Position numbers and translations under genes: made by a program. From an uncultured bacterium (GTDB lineage Bacteria > Planctomycetota > UBA1135 > UBA2386), in contig CALCZA010000217.1 of assembly GCA_937906475.1 (NCBI GenBank), positions 17,844 through 81,843 of the forward strand: 64,000 bases of DNA, in the 5' to 3' direction. The notes under the pieces are model-generated. The model saw only the letters and a program-made list of their open reading frames with translations, was not told the origin of the DNA and searched no databases. The first letter of the stretch is position 1; each line of letters begins with the position of its first letter. Shown here one piece after another: positions 46,338 through 55,961 of this stretch.

Positions 46338-47411
46338 ATGGCGACTCCGCATAGTTCGACCGAACTCACCTCGCGCGGCAAGGTGGTCCTGTGCCTTGCG
46401 GGACTCGCCGCCGGCGCCGCGTGGATTGGTGGCGATGAGAACGCGCGCCTCGCAGCGGCGATGCTCGCGGCACCGATCCTGATTGACTTTGTCGCCAAGC
46501 AACGGCGCCTACACTTCACCGGCGTTCGCCTTGCCGCTCGCCGCACAGTCGCCGGCGCAGTCTATATTGAGACTCTGCACGTCGAGCACCAAGGTCGACG
46601 CCCGCTGCGCAACTGCCAACTCTACGAGCCACGCTCGATGCGCGGTGAACCGGCGGTGCTGCTGCCGACGCTGCAACCCTTTGAGCCACAGCGCATCGAT
46701 GTGCGGCAACGCAGCCTAGTACGCAGCCACGTGCTCGAACGCGTCTTCGTGCTCGAGTCGCAATGGCCGCTCGGCATGTTTGCGACTCGCTCGGTTGTCA
46801 GTGCGGAAACTGACCTGATCACCGAACCGATGCGCGCCAGCCTGCGCGCGGACGTTCTCGATGCGGCAGCCGATGCGGAGATTGCGCCCGTCGATCGATC
46901 GATGCTGCCTGGACCGGAGTTCCAAGCGCTCCGCGAATACCTTCCCGAAGAAGATGCTCGCGGCGTGCACGCGTTGCGCAGCGCTTCGCTTGGCACGTTG
47001 GTTCGGCGCGTCACGCGCGGCCGCATGCCACGCACAATTGGGGTCGTCCTCGACCTGCGAAGGCCGCCGGGGCAACCTCGTGGCCGCGGCCTGCGGCGCT
47101 GCGAGTGGAGCCTTGGCGCCTGTGCCTCGCTGGTCGAAGAACTGCATCGGCGCGGTTCCGTATCGCGCGTCTTGGTGGTCGACACCGAACCCGAACAAAT
47201 CGAAGTAAAGGGTGCCTCGCAACTAACGGAGTTGATGACCATGCTCTCCGAAGCCAGTCTGTCGATGCACCACGGCCTCAACCCCGAGTTGCTCGCGAAC
47301 ATTGAGTTGCTCAGTCACTGTTATTGGATTCCTGCCGGCGGCTTCACACGAGCACCCGAACTGCGCGACATGCCCGGCCAGGTGTCCCTGATCGTGGAGG
47401 ACGAGGAATGA
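46338..47411 (+). CDS. DUF58 (vWA-like) protein, MoxR partner
   Basis: Contains the DUF58 hallmark LREYLPEEDARGVHAL (cf. REYxPGDDxRxIdW) and two N-terminal TMs. Starts 6 nt after moxR. Confidence 0.85.
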   Translation: MATPHSSTELTSRGKVVLCLAGLAAGAAWIGGDENARLAAAMLAAPILIDFVAKQRRLHFTGVRLAARRTVAGAVYIETLHVEHQGRRPLRNCQLYEPRSMRGEPAVLLPTLQPFEPQRIDVRQRSLVRSHVLERVFVLESQWPLGMFATRSVVSAETDLITEPMRASLRADVLDAAADAEIAPVDRSMLPGPEFQALREYLPEEDARGVHALRSASLGTLVRRVTRGRMPRTIGVVLDLRRPPGQPRGRGLRRCEWSLGACASLVEELHRRGSVSRVLVVDTEPEQIEVKGASQLTELMTMLSEASLSMHHGLNPELLANIELLSHCYWIPAGGFTRAPELRDMPGQVSLIVEDEE

Positions 47412-49438
47412 CACTCGCCGGCGCGACCATGAGCAATCCGACCAGCACCAATGGCGCGCCCAGTTCGCTGCGTCGGCTGGCTTCGGCCTCGCTATTTGCG
47501 GCGACGGCGCTCGCGCTGAGCAACCTGCCGGCAAGCGAACTGCCTGTTCCGTGGCTACTCGCCTTCACGATACCTGGTGCCATCATCGGTTCGTGGTCGC
47601 GACTCGATCGGCCGCGCTGGTTGCGCGTTCTGTTCGCCATCGTGCTGCAAGCGAGCGCCTGTTATGGCGCTCTCGAGTGGGTCGGCCCGATGACCCGACC
47701 AGCGGCACTGGCGTGCACTATCTTGCCGCCACTTGCCTTCGCAACGACGCGCAATCACGACGGCGATCCATCGTTGGCGTTGTTTCTCAGCTTCTGCGTG
47801 ATGCTGGTCGGTGTGATCATCGACGGCTTCGATATGCGAATACTGCTCGCCTACGGAGCAGTCGCATTTTTATCGCTGCACGTCGCGACGCTAATACAGA
47901 GTTACCGCACCAGCAAGCCGAGTCGCGCGCGCGCTCCGATGCAAGCGGCCGACGTGATGGCGATCAGCATGATGATGTTGTCATGCATGGTTGGTGTGTT
48001 CGCCATCGATCGCACGTTGAGTTGCCTGCCTTCGCCGAGTCGCGGCGATAGCAGCAGCACCGACAGTGCTTCGAATCATTCGCCCAATCGACAAGTCGGC
48101 CTGGACGACTCGTTCATCCTCGATGGCGGCAACGGCATCCTCTCCGAAATGAGCGGCGAGCAACTAGTTCGCGTCCGGCGCCCCAACCAGAGCACCGTCG
48201 AAAGCGACCTGTATCTGCGCTGCGGGTTCTTCACCGCTCCAAGCATGGATCGGTGGCGCATTGGCTCGCTAAACCTCGGGCCGCAATCTTCGGCAGACGG
48301 CCACGTGCTGGGAGCGCCATGGGGCGGCTTCGACATCCACCGTCTCGAAGTTGAACGATTCGGCGGCGCAGCCAAGTTCGTGTTCTTACCGCCTGACTCG
48401 GTGCAGGTTGCCGGCTTGTCCGAGTTGGCCGTCGACCAACGGCGAGAGTGGCTCCGACCGAAGCGCCCCAACCAGGATACTTACCTAGTCGCCTACCAAA
48501 TCCTTCCTGCCCCTAGTCGCTCCAGTGTGCTCAGCAGAATCGACCTGCGACTCGGCCTAACCAACCTGCCCGAAGGTATGGATGTCGACCGGTTTGAACG
48601 ACTGCTCGATAAGTGGCAGGTGCCGCGCGATCCACGATCAGCAATGGCGGCGATCGCTGACGGACTCGCCGGACACTGCCGCTATTCGCGCAGCGAACCC
48701 GCTGGTCCCTTCGCGCATCGCATCGAGAACTTCCTGTTCGCCGACGTCGACCGACACGGCTACTGCATGCACTTCGCGTCGGCCGCGGCATTGATGCTGC
48801 GCATGCGTGGGATCCCCTGCCGCATTGGCGTCGGACTCTACGGCGGCAATGCCGACAAGGAAGTGCCCGGCGCACGCATGTTCGGTGCACAGCACGCGCA
48901 CGCCTGGGTCGAGGTGCTCTACGAAGACCGCATCTTCATCTTCGACCCGACCCCGCCCGACTCGCGAGGCCGAGCAAACGCGCCGAACCAGGGATTTAGC
49001 GAAAGCACCGATCCCGAACTCGAGATCAACGAGTCGCTGACCGACCCATTCTCGCGCCTGCTATCAACGCTGATCGGCACTCCGGCAACCTGGGCCGTGC
49101 TACTTGGCCTGGTGATCCTGCTCACCCTGATGCCGCGCCGCCAACCGAAACCACCGGCACGCCAACAAGTAATCGCGGCACCAAAGGCACGGCGCGCGCT
49201 ACACAAGTTGCTGCGAGCGTTAGCCAAGGCCGGCCACCGCCGCTTCCCCGGCCAGACTCTAGAACTGTTCGCCACCGACCTCGCCGCGCGCGAATGTCTA
49301 CCGCCCGAAGTTGGCACCGCCTTCACCACCTACCAAGAAGTCCGCTTCGGTGGCCGCGAGTTCGACCGTGACCGAGCGCAGCATATGGAACACGGACTAC
49401 GCGCCGCCATCGCCATGCGCGACCCCGAACCGGCGTAG
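47408..49438 (+). CDS. Transglutaminase-like membrane protein (TgpA/DUF3488-type)
   Basis: The ATG at 47408 overlaps the DUF58 stop (ATGA). It has multiple N-terminal TMs and a TGase core: GYCMHFASAAALMLRMRGIPCR (Cys), HAWVEV (His), FDPT (Asp). Confidence 0.85.
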   Translation: MTLAGATMSNPTSTNGAPSSLRRLASASLFAATALALSNLPASELPVPWLLAFTIPGAIIGSWSRLDRPRWLRVLFAIVLQASACYGALEWVGPMTRPAALACTILPPLAFATTRNHDGDPSLALFLSFCVMLVGVIIDGFDMRILLAYGAVAFLSLHVATLIQSYRTSKPSRARAPMQAADVMAISMMMLSCMVGVFAIDRTLSCLPSPSRGDSSSTDSASNHSPNRQVGLDDSFILDGGNGILSEMSGEQLVRVRRPNQSTVESDLYLRCGFFTAPSMDRWRIGSLNLGPQSSADGHVLGAPWGGFDIHRLEVERFGGAAKFVFLPPDSVQVAGLSELAVDQRREWLRPKRPNQDTYLVAYQILPAPSRSSVLSRIDLRLGLTNLPEGMDVDRFERLLDKWQVPRDPRSAMAAIADGLAGHCRYSRSEPAGPFAHRIENFLFADVDRHGYCMHFASAAALMLRMRGIPCRIGVGLYGGNADKEVPGARMFGAQHAHAWVEVLYEDRIFIFDPTPPDSRGRANAPNQGFSESTDPELEINESLTDPFSRLLSTLIGTPATWAVLLGLVILLTLMPRRQPKPPARQQVIAAPKARRALHKLLRALAKAGHRRFPGQTLELFATDLAARECLPPEVGTAFTTYQEVRFGGREFDRDRAQHMEHGLRAAIAMRDPEPA

Positions 49439-49452
49439 GAATGCGCCCGCAC

Positions 49453-50469
49453 CTACGCGCGGGCGGCTGGCCAGACGAAGGTCAGGCACAAGGCATCGCC
49501 GTCTCGTTTCGCTTGGAGATCTCCCCCCATTCGCTTTTGAGCAAAGAGAGCGTTAGCGACGCCTGCCATGATTTCGGGGTTGCTGGCGACGTGAGGCAAG
49601 GAACCCTGCTCGGCATTGAGGACCGCAAGTAGTGGCGCCATCGTGCCTTCATTCCAGGGACAAGCAGTGCAACGCCAAACAACGCAATCGCGTAAACGGC
49701 CGTCAGCGATGGCGAAGGACTCTCGGGTCATCGCGCAACGAATATTGGCAGCTCCGAGGTGCTCGAAGGCCATCAAGATGCTCATGACGGATTGCACAAC
49801 TTCGATCGCCGAGCCGCGAATATTTGGCATCTCAGCCGCGACCTCGACGTGCAGATTAACACCCGCCTGCTGAAGCGACTTGCTCATCATCGACAGAGCG
49901 TCTGCCAGCATTTCAGCAGACGAGAAGAGCTCGCGACTGTGACCCCGCCGGACCAATAACCGCGCCAAGACCGAAGCCATGCGGGAACCTACTATGGTGT
50001 CACGCTCTAGCTCGCGAGTGATCGCGCGATCGGCGTCGTCTTGGATGAAGTCATCCAGGTGGGCCGACAACGCCAACACCACGTTGAACTGATTGTTGAG
50101 ATCGTGGGCCATCGTCGCCGCCATGCGGGCCAACGAACGACTGCGCGCCGTTTCGAGTTCAGCGGTAATGTGGCGCTCGCGGTCGGTGACATCGATGACG
50201 ACCAGCCAATCCGCATCACCGCTGACCATTTTCTGCAGCTGCCAAAGGCCTTGTGGCGTAGCCATCATCACGGGCTCGCCATCGGCAAGCGCGACCTTCT
50301 CGCCATCCTCGATCGGCAACTTTGCGAGCGCTAATCGCGCGGAGCCACCCGCCACCGCCGCGATCCAATCGCGCATGGCACAAGTGACAGGGAGAAGGCA
50401 CCCGTCGCGGTCGATCTTAGCGATCGCATCGCGGACGAGTTCCGGCGGCACTGCGAGTGGCAAGCTCAT
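49453..50469 (-). CDS. Cytoplasmic histidine-kinase-like protein with H-box but degenerate ATP-binding domain
   Basis: The H-box MAHDLNNQFNVV is present. No N-box Asn, DxGxG or GxGxG motif can be found in the C-terminal ~150 aa. It contains DCVVWRCTACPW. Confidence 0.75.
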   Translation of the reverse strand: MSLPLAVPPELVRDAIAKIDRDGCLLPVTCAMRDWIAAVAGGSARLALAKLPIEDGEKVALADGEPVMMATPQGLWQLQKMVSGDADWLVVIDVTDRERHITAELETARSRSLARMAATMAHDLNNQFNVVLALSAHLDDFIQDDADRAITRELERDTIVGSRMASVLARLLVRRGHSRELFSSAEMLADALSMMSKSLQQAGVNLHVEVAAEMPNIRGSAIEVVQSVMSILMAFEHLGAANIRCAMTRESFAIADGRLRDCVVWRCTACPWNEGTMAPLLAVLNAEQGSLPHVASNPEIMAGVANALFAQKRMGGDLQAKRDGDALCLTFVWPAARA

Positions 50470-50502
50470 GGACAGATTGTTGGGGATCTCTGCACGCCCG
50501 TC

Positions 50503-51825
50503 TCAACGCAGCGCCGTCAAGCGAGCACGACCACGATCGAGAGTTACGCGACAGCGACTGAGGAGATCGATACCCAGCACACCATGCACTGGAAAGAGGC
50601 TCGAACTTCCGCGGTTCACGACGGGGAGCGTAACACGAAGGAAGCGTGCCTCCGAACAGCGCAGCACCAGATCACGCACTTCACGAACGGCAACAAGACC
50701 GCCACCGACGGTGCGGATTCGGCGGAACGAGGCCACGGCCCGTTCTTCGCCGCGTGGCAACTCCTGCAAGCCAAGCGTCGTCAGACTCGAGTGACTGGCA
50801 CCAGTATCGAGCACGAACCAAAAGCGTTTGCCTTCGGCGACGACCGGCAACAAGCAGCGGCCTTCGGCACGCACACACTGCACGGAATCCTGAGTCGGCA
50901 ATCCCTGCGGCAACTCAAGCACAACGCTGCCACGCTCGGGATCGAGCGTCAGCCGGCACGAGGCGATCAAGTCGAGCCCCAGCACACCGCGCGGCACGCG
51001 CTCCGGACCACCGTGCAAATCGCGAAGATGAAGTGCTCGGTCAGTGACGATCAGCACCGGAACGGCACCGATGTCGACATTGCCCACGCGGAAGCCCGGC
51101 AGCATGCCGACCTTAATTGGCAGTTGGCGACCTGCGCCATCCAAGGCAAAGCCAGCGCTACGCTTTTGGCGAACGCCAAGTTCGTCGGCAAAGGTCGCGG
51201 CGACCGTGGTCATCGACGTGCCCGTATCAATCGCGAACGGCCGCAAGCGCCCACTCGTACCGCAGATGAACTCTGGCGCCTTGCCACTCAGCAGCGGTTG
51301 CTCGGTCACCAACGGACCCGCGAAGCGCCGGACGAAAGGCAACGAAGCGGCGATTATGGCAAACGCCCGTCGCCGCTCATAATCGACGCCAAGCGCACCC
51401 GCCAACAGCGGTGTCGAGCTTTCGCCCCAACGACCAGCTTGGAACAGTTGCTCGCCAAGCTGACCACGCAATCGAGCGAGGTCAGCGGAGTCACCTGCCA
51501 GGCGCGCCAGTCGGATCGCGACCATCTGCTCGCTAATGGCGGCTTCGTCGCGCCACATCAAATCAGCTATCAAGGCGCTAGATCGCGCGGCATTGACGTG
51601 CCGAGGATCGCGCAAACGCGCTTCAGCAATGATCTCAGTGGCTTCCTCGAGCCGACCTTCGCGCAACGCCGTGGTGGCCAGATCGAGCTCGGCATCGACC
51701 GTAGTCTCGACCAAACGTGTGATGCAACTGGCCACCATCAACCCGCACAGGGCGACGACCCCAGAGGTAATCGACGCTCGCAACCGAGACTGGCGCGGAC
51801 ACCGCATCTCAGGTTGGTGAATCAC
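50503..51825 (-). CDS. Membrane-anchored protein with TPR-like region and two retropepsin-type aspartic protease domains
   Basis: N-terminal TM VVALCGLMVASCI and two D-T-G motifs: FAIDTGTSMTTV and FVLDTGASHSSL. Confidence 0.8.
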   Translation of the reverse strand: MIHQPEMRCPRQSRLRASITSGVVALCGLMVASCITRLVETTVDAELDLATTALREGRLEEATEIIAEARLRDPRHVNAARSSALIADLMWRDEAAISEQMVAIRLARLAGDSADLARLRGQLGEQLFQAGRWGESSTPLLAGALGVDYERRRAFAIIAASLPFVRRFAGPLVTEQPLLSGKAPEFICGTSGRLRPFAIDTGTSMTTVAATFADELGVRQKRSAGFALDGAGRQLPIKVGMLPGFRVGNVDIGAVPVLIVTDRALHLRDLHGGPERVPRGVLGLDLIASCRLTLDPERGSVVLELPQGLPTQDSVQCVRAEGRCLLPVVAEGKRFWFVLDTGASHSSLTTLGLQELPRGEERAVASFRRIRTVGGGLVAVREVRDLVLRCSEARFLRVTLPVVNRGSSSLFPVHGVLGIDLLSRCRVTLDRGRARLTALR

Positions 51826-51865
51826 AGTTCGTAGGTCACAGCAGCACAGGTCACTGCGTCGTATA

Positions 51866-54586
51866 TCACAGCGTCGTGATCGGGATGCTACGACGCGAGA
51901 TCTGCGTCACGCCGGCTTCGATGATGCCAATCGTCTGCGCGTAGGACACGAAGTCACCGAACAGGTTAGGCGAATTAATGTCGATCGTTCCAAACCACGC
52001 AGTGATGGTCAGTGTGTAGGTGCGACCGGCCTGCAGCGGTGTCTCGGCTACGCTCGGCAACTTGACGAACTTGAAGTCAGTAGCATCCGGGCGGACCAAC
52101 ACTTGCCACAGCAACAGGTCGTTGCTGTCCAACGAACGCAATTCCACGGAACCACCGACCGCGCCTGCTGGCAACGTGAAACTGGTCGTGAAGCCGTTGG
52201 CCGAGACCTCGTCGTTTGCGGCGGGCACGGTCAACGTCGGAAACTCGGGGATGGTGAAGTCAGGCGTCGACTGGCCCGACATCGCAATCAACGACGCGTG
52301 CGAAGACGTCACCTCGGCCGTGGTCTTCGTGCCGCTGAGCAGCGCAAGCCATTGGTTGTTGAGCAAGTCACCGGCAAGCGCTGGTAACGTGAAGCTGAGG
52401 TTGCCCGGGGTGATGGTGTCGTACGAGCCACCGAGGTCGCGGGCCACATCGACAAAACTGCCGTCCTCCCTGATCAGGCCCAAGGCGAGATCCAGCGTGT
52501 TGAGGTCGACTTCGGGATCGATGACGGCAGGGGCTGTGGCGCCGAGCAATGAGAACTCAGTGTCAGCGACAAGATTGAACGGCACGTCAACCTCAGTCAA
52601 CGAGCCCTCAATCGCTTGATAGTCGGAGAGCACGCCCATCTTCTGCAACGTGTTCTGACCGCTAGGCGCCAAGAACTCAATCGCGGCGAGGTGACCACCC
52701 AACGCATCCATGCCAACCTGATATTGGAGATGGGTCGTCGCCGGATCAATGTCGACAGGCAACGACGACTGCAGCGGCACACCTTCGACAATGTCATCCC
52801 ACCACTCTTGCTGGGTAATGCGGCGGGTAGTGCGAATGCTATGTAAGGCGGTCCCATCGGCACCGGTTAAGTCGCCGGCGATCAAGCCATAGCGATCAAA
52901 CGCACCAAGAGGTGTACGCAACACGCGGCGCAGCGGGAACTCCAAGTGATCTGATTTTGGCGACTCAACCGAGAAGCCGTGCGTGATGGCTCGCCCATCG
53001 CGCGAAGTGCGCACCGTCGCCGTGGCGCGACCACGGTAGTCGCGCTCAGCAAACACGAGTCCGTTCTCGCGACTGTAAGCAAGGAAGCCTGCCTCCGGCA
53101 CACTGCCTTGCACGACCACGACATTACGAATGGGGCCGCCACCGATCGAATCGCACAGGTAGCCCCTATTGTTGCGGGAGCCGATGAACCAGGCACGATC
53201 GGACAAGAACTGGTAGGTATCGAGCCAGCGGCGACCGCTTTCGAGAAAGCCCACTGATTGGCCGTAGAAGACTTCGCGTCGGCTGCGGCGGCGACCTTCT
53301 TGGAAACCGAAGTAGCCAGCCGGCACATCTTCGAACATCGCCTGGCCATTGGCATCACTGGTCATCAACAACGCGACCTCGCCATCGAGCGAACTGTAGC
53401 GCGCGGGCTGGAACGGATCCGCCCGGGCGCGCACGACCTGCTGCACACGGATGTTACCGGCGAGCACGGTGTCGAGTGTCAAGTCACCGGCATCGCACGC
53501 TGCGGTGCTAATACTGGCGCTAACTGCAACCGCCGACGACGCGATAACAGGCAACCAGACGCCACCAGCAAACAGTTCGATCACGGCATCGCGCGACGCG
53601 CCATCAGCCAGCGTCGCCGGCACGAAGTCGATGGAAAAGCGGCCATCGCCGCCAGTCATGCCGACGCGGTGATCGACGCGCACCATGACATCGCGGACCG
53701 GTATGGCAGCGCGGAGCGAGTCGCCAGGAACGTCAAATACGCGACCCGTCACGGTGCAATCGGGCACTCCGATGCCAAACGCGTAGAGGCCACCGTGCGT
53801 CAACACGCCGGCGAGTTGGATGCGGCCACCCGTAGCGTTGGCATTGCCAACCGACACCCATTCACCAGTATCCGAGTTGAGTCGATACAGCGTCGCGAGG
53901 CTGGTGGCGACTAGTGATAGGTCGTCAAAGACATCGATATCGAGACCCGGCGCGAACGTCGCATCGGGCGGATCGACAAACACACCGCGGCCAAACAAGT
54001 TGGTCATCGAACCAGCCAACGGCAAGTTGCCGGGCAAATGCTGCGGCGACAGATCGCCGATGCGAACCGTGATCGGTTCACTCAAACCCGAGTTGATGAC
54101 GACACCCGAACTAACGGTGACCTTCGAGCCACCGACAGACTCGATCACGGTGTTCGGCGACGCCACGCTGGTCGCCAACAACGCCGATGCCGATGCCGGT
54201 AAATCAGGCAGATGAATCGGCGCCGGCAAGTCCGTGCCATTGACGGTCATCGCAACCTGCAAGATGCCAAGGCGATCGCCTGCCGTCGCGGCGCCATTGC
54301 TACCATCCGCGCGAATGATCACGTCGCCACGTGGCGCAGCCAGGAAGTCGCCGCGGCCGTTACGGCCGGTCAACGCCTGCATCGTCGTTCCAACCACGCT
54401 CACGCGGCCGGAAACGACGCCGCGATTCTGGTCGTCGAGCAACTGCACCTTGGTGCTGACGTCGGGGAGTCGCGCCAGCCGCGGTCCGATGTCGCTGCCG
54501 CCACCGCTACAGGCGACAGCAAACAGCACGATCAACGATGTTGCGATTAGATCGCGACGGCACGCAGCTCCCATCATGTTTGGCAT
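51866..54586 (-). CDS. Large (906 aa) lipoprotein, unknown function, with at least one CarboxypepD_reg-like segment
   Basis: The ATG at 54586 (1 nt after the M28 stop) gives the lipobox LIVLFAVACSGGGS. The longer 54700 form would overlap the M28 gene. TVTGRVFDVPGDSLRAAIPVRDVMV is CarboxypepD_reg-like. Confidence 0.75.
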   Translation of the reverse strand: MPNMMGAACRRDLIATSLIVLFAVACSGGGSDIGPRLARLPDVSTKVQLLDDQNRGVVSGRVSVVGTTMQALTGRNGRGDFLAAPRGDVIIRADGSNGAATAGDRLGILQVAMTVNGTDLPAPIHLPDLPASASALLATSVASPNTVIESVGGSKVTVSSGVVINSGLSEPITVRIGDLSPQHLPGNLPLAGSMTNLFGRGVFVDPPDATFAPGLDIDVFDDLSLVATSLATLYRLNSDTGEWVSVGNANATGGRIQLAGVLTHGGLYAFGIGVPDCTVTGRVFDVPGDSLRAAIPVRDVMVRVDHRVGMTGGDGRFSIDFVPATLADGASRDAVIELFAGGVWLPVIASSAVAVSASISTAACDAGDLTLDTVLAGNIRVQQVVRARADPFQPARYSSLDGEVALLMTSDANGQAMFEDVPAGYFGFQEGRRRSRREVFYGQSVGFLESGRRWLDTYQFLSDRAWFIGSRNNRGYLCDSIGGGPIRNVVVVQGSVPEAGFLAYSRENGLVFAERDYRGRATATVRTSRDGRAITHGFSVESPKSDHLEFPLRRVLRTPLGAFDRYGLIAGDLTGADGTALHSIRTTRRITQQEWWDDIVEGVPLQSSLPVDIDPATTHLQYQVGMDALGGHLAAIEFLAPSGQNTLQKMGVLSDYQAIEGSLTEVDVPFNLVADTEFSLLGATAPAVIDPEVDLNTLDLALGLIREDGSFVDVARDLGGSYDTITPGNLSFTLPALAGDLLNNQWLALLSGTKTTAEVTSSHASLIAMSGQSTPDFTIPEFPTLTVPAANDEVSANGFTTSFTLPAGAVGGSVELRSLDSNDLLLWQVLVRPDATDFKFVKLPSVAETPLQAGRTYTLTITAWFGTIDINSPNLFGDFVSYAQTIGIIEAGVTQISRRSIPITTL

Positions 54587-54587
54587 C

Positions 54588-55961
54588 CTACTTCTTCTTG
54601 GTCGTCGGCCGCTGCGCAAAGCGGTCAGGTTCAGGCGGGGTTGCAACTCGGCTGCGGGCCCCGCTGGCTGAGATCGTGCGCATGCCGACAACGACGTCAT
54701 CGAGGCATACGTCCGGGATTCGTGCCACCGTTGTATCGCGGCGGCCCTGCTTCAACGTCACCTCATCCATCGAGACAACGTTGGTCCAATCGGCTTCGGT
54801 GGTCTCGCGCCAAACAAACTCGTAGCGGGTCACGCCCTTCGGCAGACGGAAGTATAGCTCGGTATCGTAGGCATCGCGGGCGAGGCGCGCGCCGGTAACC
54901 AGCGGCGGCTTTGGGGCCGAAGCCAGTTCGCCGAGCGTCGCGACAACCACGCGGGCGACCCTGGCCGAGTAACCGAAGTCCGCGTAGTCAGGCAGGTCCC
55001 CGTAGGGCTTGCCGTCCTTTGGCCGCACATTCTGATGCTGACGCGAGAAGTCTTCGCGCGGCTCCGTCATGCGCACCGCTGGGTAGCCATGGTCGAAGAA
55101 CGAACGGTGATCGCCGCCGCGGCCGTAGCGGTCGCCGCGGTAGATCAACTTGACCCGGAAGTCCGGGACGTATTCACGGCCGGCGCGGGACACGGCCCGC
55201 GCCAGACTGCGGCCGAAGCTGTCGTTGCCCATTCGTGAGTAGCTGAAGCAGCGCACGAAGTCGGTGTAACGGCGGCCGTCCATGCCCATCGTATTGCCAA
55301 CGATGTCACAGGTGATCATGCCGTCGATCTCGGCACCATCATCGGCCATCTGCGCCGCGTGCGCCTTCGAGCCGAGCAGGCCCTGCTCTTCACCGTCGTA
55401 GGCCACGAATACGATCGTCGCCGGGAACTCACGCTTGGCGAGTACACGGCACGCTTCCATCGCGACCGCGGTGCCCGAGGCATCGTCGACCGCACCGGGA
55501 GCCAGATTGACCGCGTCTTGGCCCTTGCCGTTACGCGAGTCGTAATGCCCACCAACAACGTAAACGCGATCGGCATCACTCGTGCCACGCAGCGTCGCGA
55601 TGATATTGACCACTTCAACCTCACGCGGCATGCCAGGACGCGTGCACGGGACCTTGGCAGTCTGCAGCGCGACCGTCAGGCGGCCACCGCTGGTCTTGGC
55701 GATCTCTTCGTAGGCCGCCTTCAGCCACTTGCGCGCGGCCCCGGTTCCTTCGGTGTCACTATCGGTTCGCGATAACGGATGGCGCGTACCGAAGTCGCAG
55801 AGCCTGCGCACCGTCGCTTCGATGCGCGCACTGCTGACCTCCTTAACCGCCTCGGTGAGCGCCGCGCGAATCGGATCGACTTGCGCAAACGCGGGGGCAG
55901 CTAGGAACGCTGCCAAAATGCAACCGAGTTGCAGAACGCCACCGGAACGGATGTTGGTCAT
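54588..55961 (-). CDS. M28-family aminopeptidase, secreted
   Basis: Signal LGCILAAFLAAPAFAQ. Metal-ligand motifs VVGGHYDS, GAVDDASG and YDGEEQGLLGS. Confidence 0.85.
   Translation of the reverse strand: MTNIRSGGVLQLGCILAAFLAAPAFAQVDPIRAALTEAVKEVSSARIEATVRRLCDFGTRHPLSRTDSDTEGTGAARKWLKAAYEEIAKTSGGRLTVALQTAKVPCTRPGMPREVEVVNIIATLRGTSDADRVYVVGGHYDSRNGKGQDAVNLAPGAVDDASGTAVAMEACRVLAKREFPATIVFVAYDGEEQGLLGSKAHAAQMADDGAEIDGMITCDIVGNTMGMDGRRYTDFVRCFSYSRMGNDSFGRSLARAVSRAGREYVPDFRVKLIYRGDRYGRGGDHRSFFDHGYPAVRMTEPREDFSRQHQNVRPKDGKPYGDLPDYADFGYSARVARVVVATLGELASAPKPPLVTGARLARDAYDTELYFRLPKGVTRYEFVWRETTEADWTNVVSMDEVTLKQGRRDTTVARIPDVCLDDVVVGMRTISASGARSRVATPPEPDRFAQRPTTKKK

Noticed and set aside
50584-51834. 416-aa plus-strand ORF
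   Set aside because: It is antisense to the tandem-retropepsin protease gene, which has two DTG motifs. It has no motifs of its own.
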